From Terriglobia bacterium (GTDB lineage Bacteria > Acidobacteriota > Terriglobia > Acidiferrales > UBA7541): a stretch of 64,000 nucleotides of DNA. Each line of letters opens with the position of its first letter. Position 1 is the stretch's first letter. The DNA is taken from the NCBI GenBank assembly GCA_963695545.1, contig OY968796.1, positions 1,440,001 to 1,504,000 of the forward strand, read 5' to 3'. Below the pieces are notes generated by a model. The model was not told the DNA's origin. It searched no databases and saw nothing but the letters and a program-made list of their open reading frames with translations. Of this stretch, positions 1 to 11,746 are shown one piece after another. The position numbers and the translations under genes are program-made.

Positions 1-1
1 G

Positions 2-1666
2 GTCATTCGACTCGAGCCGCTTCAGCGCGTGATTGTGGGCGACGTAAGGACCGCGCTTCTGGTGCTTTTCGGAGCCGTCGGCCTCGTGCTGCTGATGGCT
101 TGCGCGAATATCTCAAACCTTCTGCTGGCTCGGGCCACCTCGCGCGGCAAGGAAATCGCTCTGCGCATCGCGCTTGGCGCAGGACGCGCTCGCGTGGTGC
201 GCCAACTCCTGACCGAAAGCGCGGTCCTCGGTTTGCTCGGAGGCGCGGGGGGAGTCCTGCTTGCTTATTGGGGCGTGCACGCGTTCAGCTCATTGCTTCC
301 TGAAAATCTTCCTCAAATCAATGCTGTTCGCGTCGACGGCGCTGTTTTGTTCTTCGCGCTGACGCTTGCGCTCCTGGCGGGGATGCTCTTCGGACTCGCG
401 CCTGCTTTTTTTGCCGTGAGGACCAACGTGCAAGGCACACTGAAGGAAGGCGCCACGCACTCGAGCGAATCTGGCGCTCGCCGCTTCGCCCGCAGCGTCC
501 TGGCCGCCAGCGAAGTCGCGCTGGCCATGGTGCTGCTGGTGGCTGCCGGCGTTCTGCTTCGCAGCTTCGCTGCGCTCACCTCGGTGAACCCCGGCTTCAA
601 CATCGCGCAGGTGGTGAAAGCGGACATCCAGCTGCCGCGATTTCAGTACTCGAAGCCCGAGCAGTGGACCGCGTTCTCCGATGAACTACTTCGCCGCTTG
701 CAATCGCAGCCGGGAATGAACGACAGCGCCATCGCCGTGCCTCTCCCGCTGAACAAGCAAGGCGCCGCGAGTCTCCCTTTCGAGATCATGGACCATGCGG
801 CGTTGGCGAAAGGCACTCCCGAAAGCGCGGATTTCGTCTCGATCAGCCCAGGATATTTCCATGTGATGGGAATAGCGCTGCTTCGCGGCCGCGCATTCAA
901 CGAGCAGGACGTGGCGTCCGCCCCGCGCGTGACCATCATCAGTGAAGCGTTCGCGCAGCGCTTCTTCGCGAACGAGGATCCCATCGGCAAACAGCTGGTC
1001 TTTAGCTTTCCGCCCAATCCCGGCGTTCCGCGCCAGATTGTTGGCATCGTGCGAGACGTTCGCGATGTGTCCATCGGCCAGGATCCCGGCCCCATGATGT
1101 ACGTTCCATTCAGTCAAATGCCGTTCTGGGGAGGAGAAGTGGTGGTGCGCAGCGAACTCAACGTGGGTAGTGTCGCCGCCACCATTCGCCAGGAAGTGCA
1201 CGCGGTAGATAAAGACTTGCCCGTCACGGGCGTCGTTCCCATGTCTGACCTCATCGATACTTCCGTGGAGCAGCCGCGATTTCGTACATGGCTGCTCGGC
1301 TCGTTCGCCGTGATGGCTCTGGTTCTTGCAGCTGCCGGAATTTTCGGAGTCATCTCGTACTCCGTTTCCCGCCGGACGCATGAGATCGGAATCCGCGTCA
1401 CTCTCGGAGCCTCGCCTGTCAACGTCATGCGTCTAATCCTCACCGAGTCCACGCGCCTGGTGCTCATAGGATTAGCGGTCGGCATTCCCATCTCGCTTGG
1501 ACTCGGCCGTTTCCTCTCGAATCTCCTGTTCGGCATCCACGCTGCCGACCCAGCCACCTTCACCGCTGTGGCATTCCTTCTATTTACAGTCGCAACTCTA
1601 GCCGCCTACATCCCCGCTCGGCGCGCGACCCGCGTCGATCCCATGATCGCGCTGAGGTACGAGTAG
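2..1666 (+). CDS. ABC-type permease, ADOP (duplicated FtsX/MacB) family, 5'-partial
   Basis: Frame is open from position 2; two FtsX-type repeats ([52 protein letters not shown]), MacB-like periplasmic part, C-terminal [15 protein letters not shown]. Confidence 0.9.
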   Translation, partial: VIRLEPLQRVIVGDVRTALLVLFGAVGLVLLMACANISNLLLARATSRGKEIALRIALGAGRARVVRQLLTESAVLGLLGGAGGVLLAYWGVHAFSSLLPENLPQINAVRVDGAVLFFALTLALLAGMLFGLAPAFFAVRTNVQGTLKEGATHSSESGARRFARSVLAASEVALAMVLLVAAGVLLRSFAALTSVNPGFNIAQVVKADIQLPRFQYSKPEQWTAFSDELLRRLQSQPGMNDSAIAVPLPLNKQGAASLPFEIMDHAALAKGTPESADFVSISPGYFHVMGIALLRGRAFNEQDVASAPRVTIISEAFAQRFFANEDPIGKQLVFSFPPNPGVPRQIVGIVRDVRDVSIGQDPGPMMYVPFSQMPFWGGEVVVRSELNVGSVAATIRQEVHAVDKDLPVTGVVPMSDLIDTSVEQPRFRTWLLGSFAVMALVLAAAGIFGVISYSVSRRTHEIGIRVTLGASPVNVMRLILTESTRLVLIGLAVGIPISLGLGRFLSNLLFGIHAADPATFTAVAFLLFTVATLAAYIPARRATRVDPMIALRYE

Positions 1667-1896
1667 TTCTCCGCGCAGGTGGTCACGAGCCATTCTTTCG
1701 CTGACCTTCCCGTACGAGCCGATCGACCTTGGCTCAGTGATGATAAGCGCTGCCGGCTCAGGCGGTCGATTACCGGCCTTCTCTCAAACTGACCCACCGC
1801 CGATCGAGATAGTGGAGGCGAGGACACTCCGATCGGAACCACATTGGAACAGTGTTGTTGTTGTACAATTACCACACCCAGTCCGGAAACATGATT

Positions 1897-1909
1897 TAAT
1901 TCATTGATT
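1897..1909 (-). promoter_or_regulatory. Candidate IHF-type binding site upstream of lpxC
   Basis: Reverse strand reads AATCAATGAATTA, an exact match to WATCAANNNNTTR, in an AT-rich intergenic stretch. Confidence 0.35.
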
Positions 1910-1970
1910 GCAAAGGACTAATATTGTATCGCAACGGCCTTTGAGCTGCACTATTATAGGGCAGACGCTT

Positions 1971-2897
1971 ATGCATTGGCAGACTACCATTGGGCGACAG
2001 GTTGAGATGCACGGCGTCGGATTGCACACGGCGGTGAAGAGCCGGTTGCGATTGGTGCCGGCACCGGCCGACACGGGGATCGTATTTCGGCGCGTGGACC
2101 TGGACGGTTTCGAGATCGAAGCGCAGGCGCGGAACGTGGCTCGCGTGAGCTACGCGACGAGCCTGATGAAGAAAGGCGTGCTGCTTTCGACTACTGAGCA
2201 CCTGCTGGCGGCGCTCTATTCCTGTGGCGTGGACAACGTCTACGCCGAAGTGGACGCGCTCGAGCTGCCGATTCTGGACGGATCCTCTCAACCGTTCATT
2301 GAAATGCTCGAAGAGGCTGGAATCCGCAGCCTGCGCAAACGGCGCCGCTATCTGAAAGTGGTGAAGCCGTTTGAGGTCGCCGAAGGCGATCGCCGCATCG
2401 GAGTGTATCCGTCGGATCACTTCAGCGTGCACTGTTTGGTGGACTATGCGCACCCGGATGTTGGGCAACAGGAGATTGCGCTGAACGTGACGCGTGAAAC
2501 ATTCAGCAAGATGCTCGCGCCGGCGCGCACGTTCGGCTTCACGCGGGACTTCGACGGGCTGCGGGCCATGGGACTGATTCGCGGCGGCTCGCTCGAGAAC
2601 GCCATCGTGCTGGATGATAGCGGCATCCTGAATGGGCCGCTGCGCTTCCCGAACGAATTCGTGCGACACAAGGCGCTCGATCTGATCGGCGATCTCGCGC
2701 TGGTCGGGAGGCCGCTATTGGCGCGGGTCGAAGCGCATAAAGCGGGACACGCTTCGCACACGCAATTGGTGAGCCGGCTTCTGGCCGATACCTCGCTTTG
2801 GACGGAAACCACCGACCCGGCGTCGAGCGAAGCGGAAGCAGCCGAAACATTTGAAGCGACGCCGGCCCCGATCGCCGCACCGGGCGCAACCCCGTAA
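1971..2897 (+). CDS. lpxC: UDP-3-O-acyl-N-acetylglucosamine deacetylase
   Basis: QTTI..GVGLHT start, TTEHLLAAL, ELPILDGSS, APARTFGF, EFVRHKALDLIGDL zinc motif. Start set at ATG 1971 (track ORF begins 1908). Confidence 0.96.
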   Translation: MHWQTTIGRQVEMHGVGLHTAVKSRLRLVPAPADTGIVFRRVDLDGFEIEAQARNVARVSYATSLMKKGVLLSTTEHLLAALYSCGVDNVYAEVDALELPILDGSSQPFIEMLEEAGIRSLRKRRRYLKVVKPFEVAEGDRRIGVYPSDHFSVHCLVDYAHPDVGQQEIALNVTRETFSKMLAPARTFGFTRDFDGLRAMGLIRGGSLENAIVLDDSGILNGPLRFPNEFVRHKALDLIGDLALVGRPLLARVEAHKAGHASHTQLVSRLLADTSLWTETTDPASSEAEAAETFEATPAPIAAPGATP

Positions 2898-3033
2898 TTT
2901 CATTCCACTCGCAATCGAGGACCTTGGCTGTTTCACGGGCTGAAGCTCCAACCTCGTAAAGATGGCGGATTGACCGCCGAAACTGCTCCTCCGGATTGTC
3001 AAACGCACCTTAACATCGGAGAATCGTTCTCCA

Positions 3034-4545
3034 ATGTCTCGATCGGACATCGTGATCGTTGTGCTCGCTGCGGGCAAAGGCACGCGACTGAAATCCGCGC
3101 GCGCAAAAGTTCTGCACGAGGTTGGCGGCAGGACGCTGGTGGATCATGTGGTGCACGCGTGTTTGCCGCTTCGGTCGCGCGAGATCGTTGCGGTGGTGGG
3201 ATATCAGGCCGATGAAGTCCGCGCGGCGGTGGAACCGCTGGGCGTGCGCACGGTTTTACAAGAGCCGCAGCGCGGTACCGGGCATGCGCTGCTCGTTGCG
3301 CGCAAGGCGATTGGGAGCGCGCGCCACGTTTTGGTTGTGCCGGGGGATGCGCCATTGCTGCGGGCCGAGACGCTTTCGGCGCTGGTGCGCGCGCACCTAC
3401 AATCGGGCGCAGCGGCGACGATTCTCTCCGCCGAGGTTGCGAATCCGGCGGGCTATGGGCGCGTGGTTCGCAACGACGATGGCAGCGTGGCCGCTATCGT
3501 GGAAGATTCGGCGGTGAATGAAGAACAGCGCGGAATCCGTGAAATCAATTCAAGCACGTACTGCTTCGCGCTCGAACCGCTATGGCCTTGCCTTGCGCAG
3601 CTGAAGCCGACAAACGCGCATCGCGAACTCTATCTGACCGATGCCATCGCGCTGTTGCGTTCGCGCGGACAAACGGTGCAGGCCGTGATGGCCGCGGACG
3701 CGAACGAAATTCTGGGCTGCAACACGCGCGCGGATTTGGCGGCGGCGGACAGCATTTTTCGCGCGCGCAAGCGCGACGCCGTGATGGAGTCCGGCGTGAC
3801 GATCCGGCTGCCGGAGACGGTGCTGATCGATCCGGAAGTCACGGTGGGAGCGGACACGGTGATCGAACCGTGCGTGCAACTGCTGGGGCGCACGCGGATC
3901 GGCGCTGAGTGCAAGATTGGAACGGGAAGCGTGCTGATCGACGCGGTGCTCGAAGATCGCGTGATCGTGAAGCCGCATTCGGTGGTTCGCACAAGCCATT
4001 TGGGGCGCGGATCGAGCGTCGGTCCGTTCGCGCACTTGCGCGATGGAGCGCGCCTGGAAGAAAACGCGCACGTGGGCAACTACGTGGAAGTAAAAAAAAG
4101 CACGCTCGAACCGGGCGCGAAGGCCATGCACCTGACGTATTTGGGCGATGCTCGAGTGGGGCGCGAAACGAACATCGGAGCGGGCACGATCACCTGCAAT
4201 TACGACGGCGTGCGCAAGAACGCCACGATCATCGGGCGGCGCGTGTTCATCGGCAGCGATTCCGCGCTGGTGGCGCCGGTGCGCATCGGGGACGGGGCGT
4301 ATGTGGCCGCGGGATCGATCATCACGGAGAACGTGCCGCCGAACGCGCTGGGCATCGCGCGAGGACGGCAAGTGACTAAACTTGGCTGGGCTACGGCGCG
4401 GCGCAGAGAGCAGGCGGCCGCGGCGTCGGCTGGCGCGAAGCGGCCGAAGAAAAAGAGCGCGTCGCGAAGCAAAGCCTCGCGGCGGCGCCGTGCGTCGCCG
4501 AAAAAATCTTCGCGAAAATCCGCGCGCAAATCTTCGCGCCGCTGA
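3034..4545 (+). CDS. glmU: Bifunctional UDP-GlcNAc pyrophosphorylase / glucosamine-1-P acetyltransferase
   Basis: LAAGKGTRLKS..KVLH, GTGHA, GYGRVVR, ELYLTD, hexapeptide repeats, HLTYLGDA, NIGAGTITCNYDG; extra basic C-terminal tail. Confidence 0.96.
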   Translation: MSRSDIVIVVLAAGKGTRLKSARAKVLHEVGGRTLVDHVVHACLPLRSREIVAVVGYQADEVRAAVEPLGVRTVLQEPQRGTGHALLVARKAIGSARHVLVVPGDAPLLRAETLSALVRAHLQSGAAATILSAEVANPAGYGRVVRNDDGSVAAIVEDSAVNEEQRGIREINSSTYCFALEPLWPCLAQLKPTNAHRELYLTDAIALLRSRGQTVQAVMAADANEILGCNTRADLAAADSIFRARKRDAVMESGVTIRLPETVLIDPEVTVGADTVIEPCVQLLGRTRIGAECKIGTGSVLIDAVLEDRVIVKPHSVVRTSHLGRGSSVGPFAHLRDGARLEENAHVGNYVEVKKSTLEPGAKAMHLTYLGDARVGRETNIGAGTITCNYDGVRKNATIIGRRVFIGSDSALVAPVRIGDGAYVAAGSIITENVPPNALGIARGRQVTKLGWATARRREQAAAASAGAKRPKKKSASRSKASRRRRASPKKSSRKSARKSSRR

Positions 4546-4581
4546 CGAGATAGAAAGCAAAATTCTCCGCCGGTGCGGCTG

Positions 4582-4606
4582 TGCTACAATGAATTTATCC
4601 GGAGGG
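4582..4606 (+). promoter_or_regulatory. Candidate extended -10 promoter and RBS for purQ
   Basis: TGcTACAAT at 4582-4590; GGAGGG at 4601-4606, 10 nt before ATG 4617. Confidence 0.45.
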
Positions 4607-4616
4607 CGCAATCGAA

Positions 4617-5327
4617 ATGCAATTCGGCGTCGTAGTGTTTCCTGGATCAAACTGCGATCACGACGCTTGGTACGCTCTCGGCACGGTCCTCGGCCAGAAC
4701 GTTCGATTCCTGTGGCATCAATCTGAAAATCTCGAAGGGTGTGACGCCGTGATTCTTCCCGGCGGGTTTTCTTACGGCGATTATTTGCGCACCGGCGCGA
4801 TCGCGCGATTTTCGCCGGTGATGGGCGCGATCGAGAAATTCGCGCGGCGCGGCGGATTGGTGCTGGGCATTTGCAATGGATTTCAGATTTTGTGCGAAGC
4901 GGGATTGCTTCCGGGAGTGCTGATGCGCAACACAGGTCTGCGATTTGTGTGCAAGCAGGTTCACGTTCGCGTCGAAACCACAGATACGCCGTTCACGGCC
5001 GCCGCCGAGATGGGGCGAGCGCTGCGCATGCCGATCGCGCACGCGGAAGGAAGTTATTTTTGCGATCCGGAGACACTCGCTGAACTTGAACGCAACGCGC
5101 AGATCGTATTTCGCTACTGCACGCCTGATGGGCGCATTACGGCGGAGGCCAATCCGAACGGCTCGCTACAGAACATCGCAGGAATTTGCAGCCGCGAGCG
5201 CAACGTTATGGGATTGATGCCGCATCCGGAGCGCGCGGCGGAAGAAATTTTGGGATCGGCGGACGGCGCGGTGGTGTTGCGGTCGACCATCGCGTCGCTG
5301 GCGCGCGCGGGAGCCGTGTCGGCGTAA
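4617..5327 (+). CDS. purQ: FGAM synthase glutaminase subunit
   Basis: [41 protein letters not shown]. Confidence 0.97.
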   Translation: MQFGVVVFPGSNCDHDAWYALGTVLGQNVRFLWHQSENLEGCDAVILPGGFSYGDYLRTGAIARFSPVMGAIEKFARRGGLVLGICNGFQILCEAGLLPGVLMRNTGLRFVCKQVHVRVETTDTPFTAAAEMGRALRMPIAHAEGSYFCDPETLAELERNAQIVFRYCTPDGRITAEANPNGSLQNIAGICSRERNVMGLMPHPERAAEEILGSADGAVVLRSTIASLARAGAVSA

Positions 5328-5394
5328 GCGCGCGAGGTTCCCGATTAAAACTGCCGGACGCGGAATTCTTAACACGGTTCGTTGAAAGACAGGG

Positions 5395-7692
5395 ATGCTC
5401 GAAACCGAAGTCAGGGCCACGATTGAATTGGCGGCCGAACACGGCTTGACCGCCGATGAATACGCGCGCGTCCTCAAAATTCTCGGCCGCGAACCAAATC
5501 TTACCGAGCTGGGCGTTTTTAGCGTGATGTGGAGCGAGCACTGCTCGTATAAGTCCAGCCGCGCGCATTTGCGGCGCTTGCCGACGCGCGCGCCGCAGGT
5601 GGTACAAGGGCCGGGCGAGAACGCCGGAGTGGTGGACATCGGCGACGGGCTCGTGGCCACATTCAAATTGGAATCACACAATCATCCGAGCTACGTCGAG
5701 CCGTTTCAGGGCGCGGCGACGGGCGTGGGCGGAATTTTGCGCGACATTTTCACGATGGGCGCGCGGCCGATCGCGGTGCTCGATTCGCTGCGGTTTGGGC
5801 CGATCGCGGTTGAGGCCGGCACGGACGCGGCTACGGCGGCGCGCAACCGGCGGTTGCTGGACGGCGTGGTGCGCGGCATCGCGTTTTACGGAAATTGTTT
5901 CGGCGTGCCGACAGTCGGCGGCGAAGTTGCGTTCGAGGCGGGCTACTCGGGCAATCCGCTGGTCAATGTTTTGGCGCTGGGTATCGCGAAAAAAGAAGAT
6001 TTATTTTTTGCGCGAGCGAGCGGCGAAGGCAATCCGGTGTTGTATGTGGGCGCAAAGACGGGGCGCGACGGGATTCACGGAGCTTCGCTACTGGCCTCGG
6101 CGGAATTTAACGAGGCGAGCCAGGAAAAACGTCCGAACGTGCAGGTGGGAGATCCATTTCTCGAAAAATTGCTGCTGGAAGCATGTCTTGAGGCGATGCA
6201 GACCGGCGCGATCGTGGCGATTCAGGACATGGGCGCGGCGGGACTGACGAGTTCGTCGTGCGAGATGGCTTCGCGTGGCGGCGTGGGTATCGAGATGAAT
6301 CTGGATCTTGTGCCGCAGCGCGAAATCGGAATGAGCGCTTACGACATGCTGCTAAGCGAATCGCAGGAGCGCATGCTGCTGGTGGCCGAGCGCGGGCGCG
6401 AAAACGAAGTGCTGGCGGTTTTTACGAAGTGGGGATTGGATGCGGTGGAGATCGGGCGCGTCACCGGCGATGGATTGTTGCGCGTGCTGCATCGCAGAAA
6501 TGTTGTTGCGGAAATTCCAGCGCAGGCGTTGGCGGACGAGGCGCCGGTTTACCAGCGTCCTATTGCGGCGCCGGCGCGACCGGCTGCGCGTGTTGAAGTG
6601 CCGTTGACGGCGGCGGGGGCGGACTTAACGCCAAATTTTCTGCGCGTGCTTGCGTCGCCGAGCGTTGCGTCGAAGCGCTGGATCTTCGAGCAGTACGACT
6701 ACATGGTGCGCACGAACACGCTGGAAGGTCCGGGTGCGGGAGACGCCGCGGTGTTGCGCGTGAAACCTACGCGGCGCGGGCTGGCATTGTCGGTGGATGG
6801 AAACGGGCGATGGTCGCGTCTGGACCCGCGCATGGGAGCGAAAGCGGCGGTGGCCGAAGCGGCGCGCAACGTGGCGTGTGCGGGGGCGCGTCCGTGGGCT
6901 GCGACGAACTGCCTGAATTTCGGCAATCCGGAAAAGCCCGAAGTGATGTGGCAATTCAGCGAAGCCGTGGACGGAATCGCGGAAGCGTGCGCGGCGCTGG
7001 AAATTCCGATCACCGGCGGGAACGTGAGCTTTTACAACGACACGCTGGGGCGATCGATCGATCCCACGCCGGTGCTCGGTGTGCTTGGTGTGTTGGAAGA
7101 TGCGGCGCACGCGCTGGGCATGGCGTTCCGGGCTGAGGGAGACGTCGTGATTTTGCTGGACGGGCTCGATGATAATGCGGCCCCGGCGGCCGGTGACGCG
7201 GCTAGTTTTTCGTCTTCCGAATACGCCAAGACGATCCGCGGCATCGTCGGAGGAATTCCGCCGTCGGTGGATTTGGCGGCGGAGAAGCGCCTCGTTCGAT
7301 TGCTCGAAGCGGCGGCGCGGGAACAGGCGATTGCATCGGCGCACGACGTGAGCGACGGAGGATTGGCGATCGCGCTGGCGGAATGCTGCACGGCAAGCGA
7401 CGAATTTTCCGTGGATGCGCGCATCGAAGCGGCGGAACCAGCCGAGCACGCCTGCTTTGGCGAGCGTGGCGCGCGCGCGATCGTTTCGTGCGATGCGGCG
7501 CGAGTTGCCCGGCTGCGCGCACTTGCCTCACAATATGGCGTGCGGGCCGACGAAATTGGGCGCGTTGAGCGCGGTGCATTTCGCGTGGCGTGCGGTGAAG
7601 CAGTTGTGGTGAACGCGGCGATGGAATCGGTGCGCGAGGCGTGGGGCGGCGCGCTGAAGCAACTGATGGAATCTGAAACGCACGGGACGTAA
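5395..7692 (+). CDS. purL: FGAM synthase subunit PurL (small type)
   Basis: [59 protein letters not shown]. Confidence 0.97.
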   Translation: MLETEVRATIELAAEHGLTADEYARVLKILGREPNLTELGVFSVMWSEHCSYKSSRAHLRRLPTRAPQVVQGPGENAGVVDIGDGLVATFKLESHNHPSYVEPFQGAATGVGGILRDIFTMGARPIAVLDSLRFGPIAVEAGTDAATAARNRRLLDGVVRGIAFYGNCFGVPTVGGEVAFEAGYSGNPLVNVLALGIAKKEDLFFARASGEGNPVLYVGAKTGRDGIHGASLLASAEFNEASQEKRPNVQVGDPFLEKLLLEACLEAMQTGAIVAIQDMGAAGLTSSSCEMASRGGVGIEMNLDLVPQREIGMSAYDMLLSESQERMLLVAERGRENEVLAVFTKWGLDAVEIGRVTGDGLLRVLHRRNVVAEIPAQALADEAPVYQRPIAAPARPAARVEVPLTAAGADLTPNFLRVLASPSVASKRWIFEQYDYMVRTNTLEGPGAGDAAVLRVKPTRRGLALSVDGNGRWSRLDPRMGAKAAVAEAARNVACAGARPWAATNCLNFGNPEKPEVMWQFSEAVDGIAEACAALEIPITGGNVSFYNDTLGRSIDPTPVLGVLGVLEDAAHALGMAFRAEGDVVILLDGLDDNAAPAAGDAASFSSSEYAKTIRGIVGGIPPSVDLAAEKRLVRLLEAAAREQAIASAHDVSDGGLAIALAECCTASDEFSVDARIEAAEPAEHACFGERGARAIVSCDAARVARLRALASQYGVRADEIGRVERGAFRVACGEAVVVNAAMESVREAWGGALKQLMESETHGT

Positions 7693-7722
7693 AGAGCACG
7701 CGCGGCGGAAGACGAACACAAA

Positions 7723-9201
7723 ATGGCCTTTCACGTCGACGACGATCATTTCCACGACCATTGCGCCGTCTGCGGGGTGTACGGACATCCCGAGGCGGCC
7801 AAGCTGGCTTACCTTTCGCTCTACGCGTTGCAGCATCGCGGTCAGGAATCGGCCGGAATCGTTTCCAGCGATGGCCAGCGGCTGCACGCGCACCGGCAAA
7901 TGGGTTTGGTTCAAGACGTTTTCCAGCCGGATGTTTTGGCCGGGCTCAAGGGTTCACTGGCGATCGGGCACACGCGCTACTCGACGGCGGGCGACACATC
8001 GCTTGCGAACGCGCAGCCCATCGTAATCGATTGCAATAAAGGCCCCCTCGCGGTGGGGCACAACGGCAACTTGACGAACGCGCTGGAATGCCGGCGGCGG
8101 CTCGAGCATCGCGGCTCGATCTTCCAGACGACCAGCGACACCGAAGTGATCGTGCACATGGTGGCGCGAAGCGCGGCGCGAAATTTGTCGGGCGCGCTGA
8201 CGGACGCGCTGCTGCAGGTGGAAGGCGCGTTCTCGCTCGTGGTGCTGACGCGCGATGAGTTGTGGGCCATTCGCGATCCGCGCGGTTTTCGGCCGCTGGC
8301 GCTGGGGCGGCTCGGCGACGCGTGGCTTGTGGCCTCGGAGACGGCGGCGTTCGATTTGGTTGGCGGAACGTATCTGCGCGACGTTGAGCCGGGCGAAATG
8401 GTGCGCATATCGCGCGCGGGGCTTGAATCGCTGTCGTTCGCGCCGGAAAAGCCGCATCAATATTGCATTTTCGAGCATGTTTATTTTTCGCGGCCGGATA
8501 GCGTGGTCTTCGGGCGGCCGGTGTACCGCAGCCGCGAAAATCTCGGCCGCTTGCTTGCGCGCGAACATCCGGCCGACGCCGATATCGTCGTGCCCGTGCC
8601 GGATTCGGGCACGCCGGCGGCAATCGGGTACGCGCTTGAATCCGGCGTGCCGTACGGCATGGGCCTGATTCGCAACCATTACATCGGCCGCACGTTCATC
8701 GAACCGGTGCAGGAAATTCGCGATTTCGGCGTGAAGCTGAAACTGAATCCCGTGCGCGAACTGCTGCAAGGCAAACGCGTGGTGCTGGTAGACGATTCGC
8801 TGGTGCGCGGCACGACCAGCCGGAAGATCGTGCGCATGGTGCGCGAAGCGGGCGCGACGGAGGTGCACGTGCGCATCAGTTGCCCGCCGATTATTTCTCC
8901 GTGTTATTACGGGATCGACACGCCCACGCGCGAGGAGTTGATCGCCGCCGGGCCTTCGCGCATTCGGCCGATTATGAGCGATGCGGATCTGGCCGCCCTG
9001 CCGCGCCCGATGACTTCCGAGCAGAGAACCATCGAAGAAATTCGCCGCTTTTTGGGCGCGGATTCGGTGGGATATCTTTCGCTTGAATCGTTGCGCGACG
9101 CCGTGGGAGACCGCGACGAAAAATTCTGCACATCGTGCTACACGGGAAGTTACCCGACGGAGCTCGTGCAACTGGAAACGGCGGCGCATCGTGACGCTTG
9201 A
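7723..9201 (+). CDS. purF: Amidophosphoribosyltransferase
   Basis: Short propeptide then Cys (DHC), LQHRGQESAG, GHTRYST, HNGNL, VDDSLVRGTT, C-terminal CTSC. Confidence 0.97.
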   Translation: MAFHVDDDHFHDHCAVCGVYGHPEAAKLAYLSLYALQHRGQESAGIVSSDGQRLHAHRQMGLVQDVFQPDVLAGLKGSLAIGHTRYSTAGDTSLANAQPIVIDCNKGPLAVGHNGNLTNALECRRRLEHRGSIFQTTSDTEVIVHMVARSAARNLSGALTDALLQVEGAFSLVVLTRDELWAIRDPRGFRPLALGRLGDAWLVASETAAFDLVGGTYLRDVEPGEMVRISRAGLESLSFAPEKPHQYCIFEHVYFSRPDSVVFGRPVYRSRENLGRLLAREHPADADIVVPVPDSGTPAAIGYALESGVPYGMGLIRNHYIGRTFIEPVQEIRDFGVKLKLNPVRELLQGKRVVLVDDSLVRGTTSRKIVRMVREAGATEVHVRISCPPIISPCYYGIDTPTREELIAAGPSRIRPIMSDADLAALPRPMTSEQRTIEEIRRFLGADSVGYLSLESLRDAVGDRDEKFCTSCYTGSYPTELVQLETAAHRDA

Positions 9202-9931
9202 AGGCGGCGGAGCGCCGGAAAACGTAAGGCAGGAGCGCGCGCACACCCAGCGTGGCGGGAAAACGCCGAACGGGAAAATGCTCAGCGGGAAAGTCTGGCG
9301 CGAAGTCGTTTCCTGGTTCTGGGTAATTCTTGTATTTCTTTTCGTCGAAGGCACGCTGGTGCAGGCACGGGTGATTCCGAGCGGCTCGATGGAAGACACT
9401 GTGTTGATCGGGGATCATTTGATCTTGAGCCGGATCGGTTACGACGCGGGCATCCCATTCACGCGCTGGCAAGTGCCGCTGTGGCGCGAACCGAAACGGC
9501 AACAAATCATCGCATTCCGAGCACCGTTCACCGAGGATGGCGGAACGCCCGATCTGATAAAACGCACCATCGGATTGCCCGGCGACACGGTCGAAATCAA
9601 GCAAGGCGTAGTATTCGTAAACGGCCAAGCATTGTCCGAGCCGTATCGCCCCGATCCACCGAATCCGATGGACAACAGCGGACCATACAAAGTGCCCGCG
9701 GGGAACTATTTCATGCTGGGCGACAATCGAGAAAATTCCTTCGACAGCCGCTACTGGGGATTCGTTCCCCGGGAGAATATCATAGGAACGCCAGTTCTTA
9801 TATATATGTCCATCGACGCGCCGGAAGAAGCCTGGGAACCCGGGCACCTGAGCGAGCGGTTCGAGACGTACCTCAGCGCTGCCATTCATCCGAGTGAGAT
9901 TCGCTGGAAGCGCATGTTCCGCACGTTTTAG
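9191..9931 (+). CDS. lepB: Signal peptidase I
   Basis: TM segment then IPSGSMEDT (Ser), LIKRTIGLPGD (Lys), GDNRENSFDSRYWGFVP. Start uncertain (GTG 9191 or ATG 9278). Confidence 0.92.
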   Translation: MTLEGGGAPENVRQERAHTQRGGKTPNGKMLSGKVWREVVSWFWVILVFLFVEGTLVQARVIPSGSMEDTVLIGDHLILSRIGYDAGIPFTRWQVPLWREPKRQQIIAFRAPFTEDGGTPDLIKRTIGLPGDTVEIKQGVVFVNGQALSEPYRPDPPNPMDNSGPYKVPAGNYFMLGDNRENSFDSRYWGFVPRENIIGTPVLIYMSIDAPEEAWEPGHLSERFETYLSAAIHPSEIRWKRMFRTF

Positions 9932-9980
9932 AATTTTTTAGATCGCGATCAAGCCCCTTCGGAATAGAGGAAAATTCTGC

Positions 9981-11027
9981 ATGCGCTATGCCGATGCAGG
10001 CGTAAGTATTTCGGCCGCGGATGAAGCCAAGCGGCGCATCCGGCGCCTCGCGTCGCGTACATCGCGCCGCGGCGTGCTGGGCGGCGTCGGCGCGTTCGGC
10101 GCGCTGTTTGCGCTGGACACCAAGCGCTGGCGCGAGCCGGTGCTGGTTTCAAGCGCGGACGGAGTGGGAACGAAAATCAAGATCGCCTGCGCCATGGGCG
10201 TGCATCAAACTGTCGGCGCCGACCTCGTCTATCACTGCGTGAACGACATCCTGACGCAGGGCGCACAGCCGCTCTTCTTTCTGGACTATCTGGCACTGGG
10301 GCGCATGGATCCCGACGTTGTCGAGCAAGTGCTTGAAGGGATCAGTCGCGCGTGCCACAAAACGGGCTGCTCGCTGGTGGGCGGCGAGACGGCGGAAATG
10401 CCGGGAATGTACGCGCCGGGGGAATACGATTTGGCGGGATTCATCGTCGGCGTGGTCGAGCGCAGCCGCTTGCGCCGCGCGAAACTTCCCAAGGCGGGCG
10501 ATATTCTGCTCGGATTGCCTTCGAGCGGATTGCATACCAACGGCTACTCGCTCGCGCGAAAGCTTATTTTTGAGGTTGCGGAGCTCACGCCGGACGCGTA
10601 CGTGGCCGAAATTGGAAACAAGATCGGTGCGGAGCTGCTGATACCGCATCGCTGCTATTGGCCGATGATGAAGCGCATTGTGGCGCAGGATTGGCTTTCC
10701 GGAATGGCGCACATTACCGGCGGCGGAATTCCGGGCAATCTTCCGCGCGCGTTGCCGCGCGGGGTGCAAGCGGTTGTGGAGCTTGGCTCCTGGCCCGTGT
10801 TGCCGATCTTTAAATATTTGGCTGCGTTGGGAAATTTGAATCGCGAAGAGATGCTGCAAACGTTCAATCTAGGATTGGGCATGATTCTGATCGTGCCGGA
10901 GCGCAGCCTCCGGAGCGTCGAGGCGGAACTGAAACGGCGCCGAGAAACATTTCATCGCATCGGCGTGGTGCGCAGCGGCGATACGCGCAAGCCGCAGGTG
11001 GTATACACGGGACAGTTGCAGGTCTGA
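9981..11027 (+). CDS. purM: Phosphoribosylformylglycinamidine cyclo-ligase (AIR synthetase)
   Basis: YADAGV, DGVGTK, FFLDY, GGETAEMPG, SSGLHTNGYSL, HITGGG. Confidence 0.97.
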   Translation: MRYADAGVSISAADEAKRRIRRLASRTSRRGVLGGVGAFGALFALDTKRWREPVLVSSADGVGTKIKIACAMGVHQTVGADLVYHCVNDILTQGAQPLFFLDYLALGRMDPDVVEQVLEGISRACHKTGCSLVGGETAEMPGMYAPGEYDLAGFIVGVVERSRLRRAKLPKAGDILLGLPSSGLHTNGYSLARKLIFEVAELTPDAYVAEIGNKIGAELLIPHRCYWPMMKRIVAQDWLSGMAHITGGGIPGNLPRALPRGVQAVVELGSWPVLPIFKYLAALGNLNREEMLQTFNLGLGMILIVPERSLRSVEAELKRRRETFHRIGVVRSGDTRKPQVVYTGQLQV

Positions 11028-11110
11028 TCCGCCGTTCTCGAATTCGGCGCCCGCGCGCGATTCAAATGCGCCGAGGGGTTGCGCCAACCTTGTGCTAACT
11101 TTATCCGGCT

Positions 11111-11746
11111 ATGACCAAGCGCATTGGAGTGTTGCTATCGGGCCGCGGCTCGAATTTTGACGCCTTGGCGGACAGCGTTGCCGCGGGCCGCATTCCCGAT
11201 GCGGAAATTTCGATCGTGATCAGCAATCGCGAGGGCGCCGAAGGAGTGGCGCGGGCGCAGGCGCGCGGGATTCCTGTGCGCGTGATTCCGTCGAAGGGTC
11301 TCGAGCGAGAGGCCTACGATCGCATGGTGGTCGCTGCGCTCGATGATGGGCGCGTGAATCTGGTTTGCCTCGCCGGATTCATGCGCTTGCTTTCGCCTTA
11401 TTTTGTGGCCGCGTTTTCCAATCGCATCCTGAATATCCACCCATCGCTACTGCCGGCCTTTCCTGGACTCGAGGCGCAGCGTCAGGCGCTTGAGTACGGC
11501 GTGAAATTTTCCGGCTGCACCGTGCATTTCGTGGACGAGAATCTGGACGCAGGGCCGATCGTCGCGCAGGCCATCGTGCCGGTGCGCGATGACGATACGC
11601 CGGACACGCTGGCAGCTCGCATTCTGGCCGAGGAGCATCGCATTTACACCGAAGCCGTGCGGCTGGTTCTCTCGGGGCGCTATCGTGTGGTCGCGCGGCG
11701 AGTGGTGGCGCTCGACGCGGCGGAGGCGCCGCAGGCCAAGCGATGA
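11111..11746 (+). CDS. purN: Phosphoribosylglycinamide formyltransferase
   Basis: [42 protein letters not shown]. Confidence 0.97.
   Translation: MTKRIGVLLSGRGSNFDALADSVAAGRIPDAEISIVISNREGAEGVARAQARGIPVRVIPSKGLEREAYDRMVVAALDDGRVNLVCLAGFMRLLSPYFVAAFSNRILNIHPSLLPAFPGLEAQRQALEYGVKFSGCTVHFVDENLDAGPIVAQAIVPVRDDDTPDTLAARILAEEHRIYTEAVRLVLSGRYRVVARRVVALDAAEAPQAKR

Noticed and set aside
1667..1890. Possible ncRNA or riboswitch between the permease and lpxC
   Set aside because: I could not identify a recognisable motif or a convincing stem by eye.
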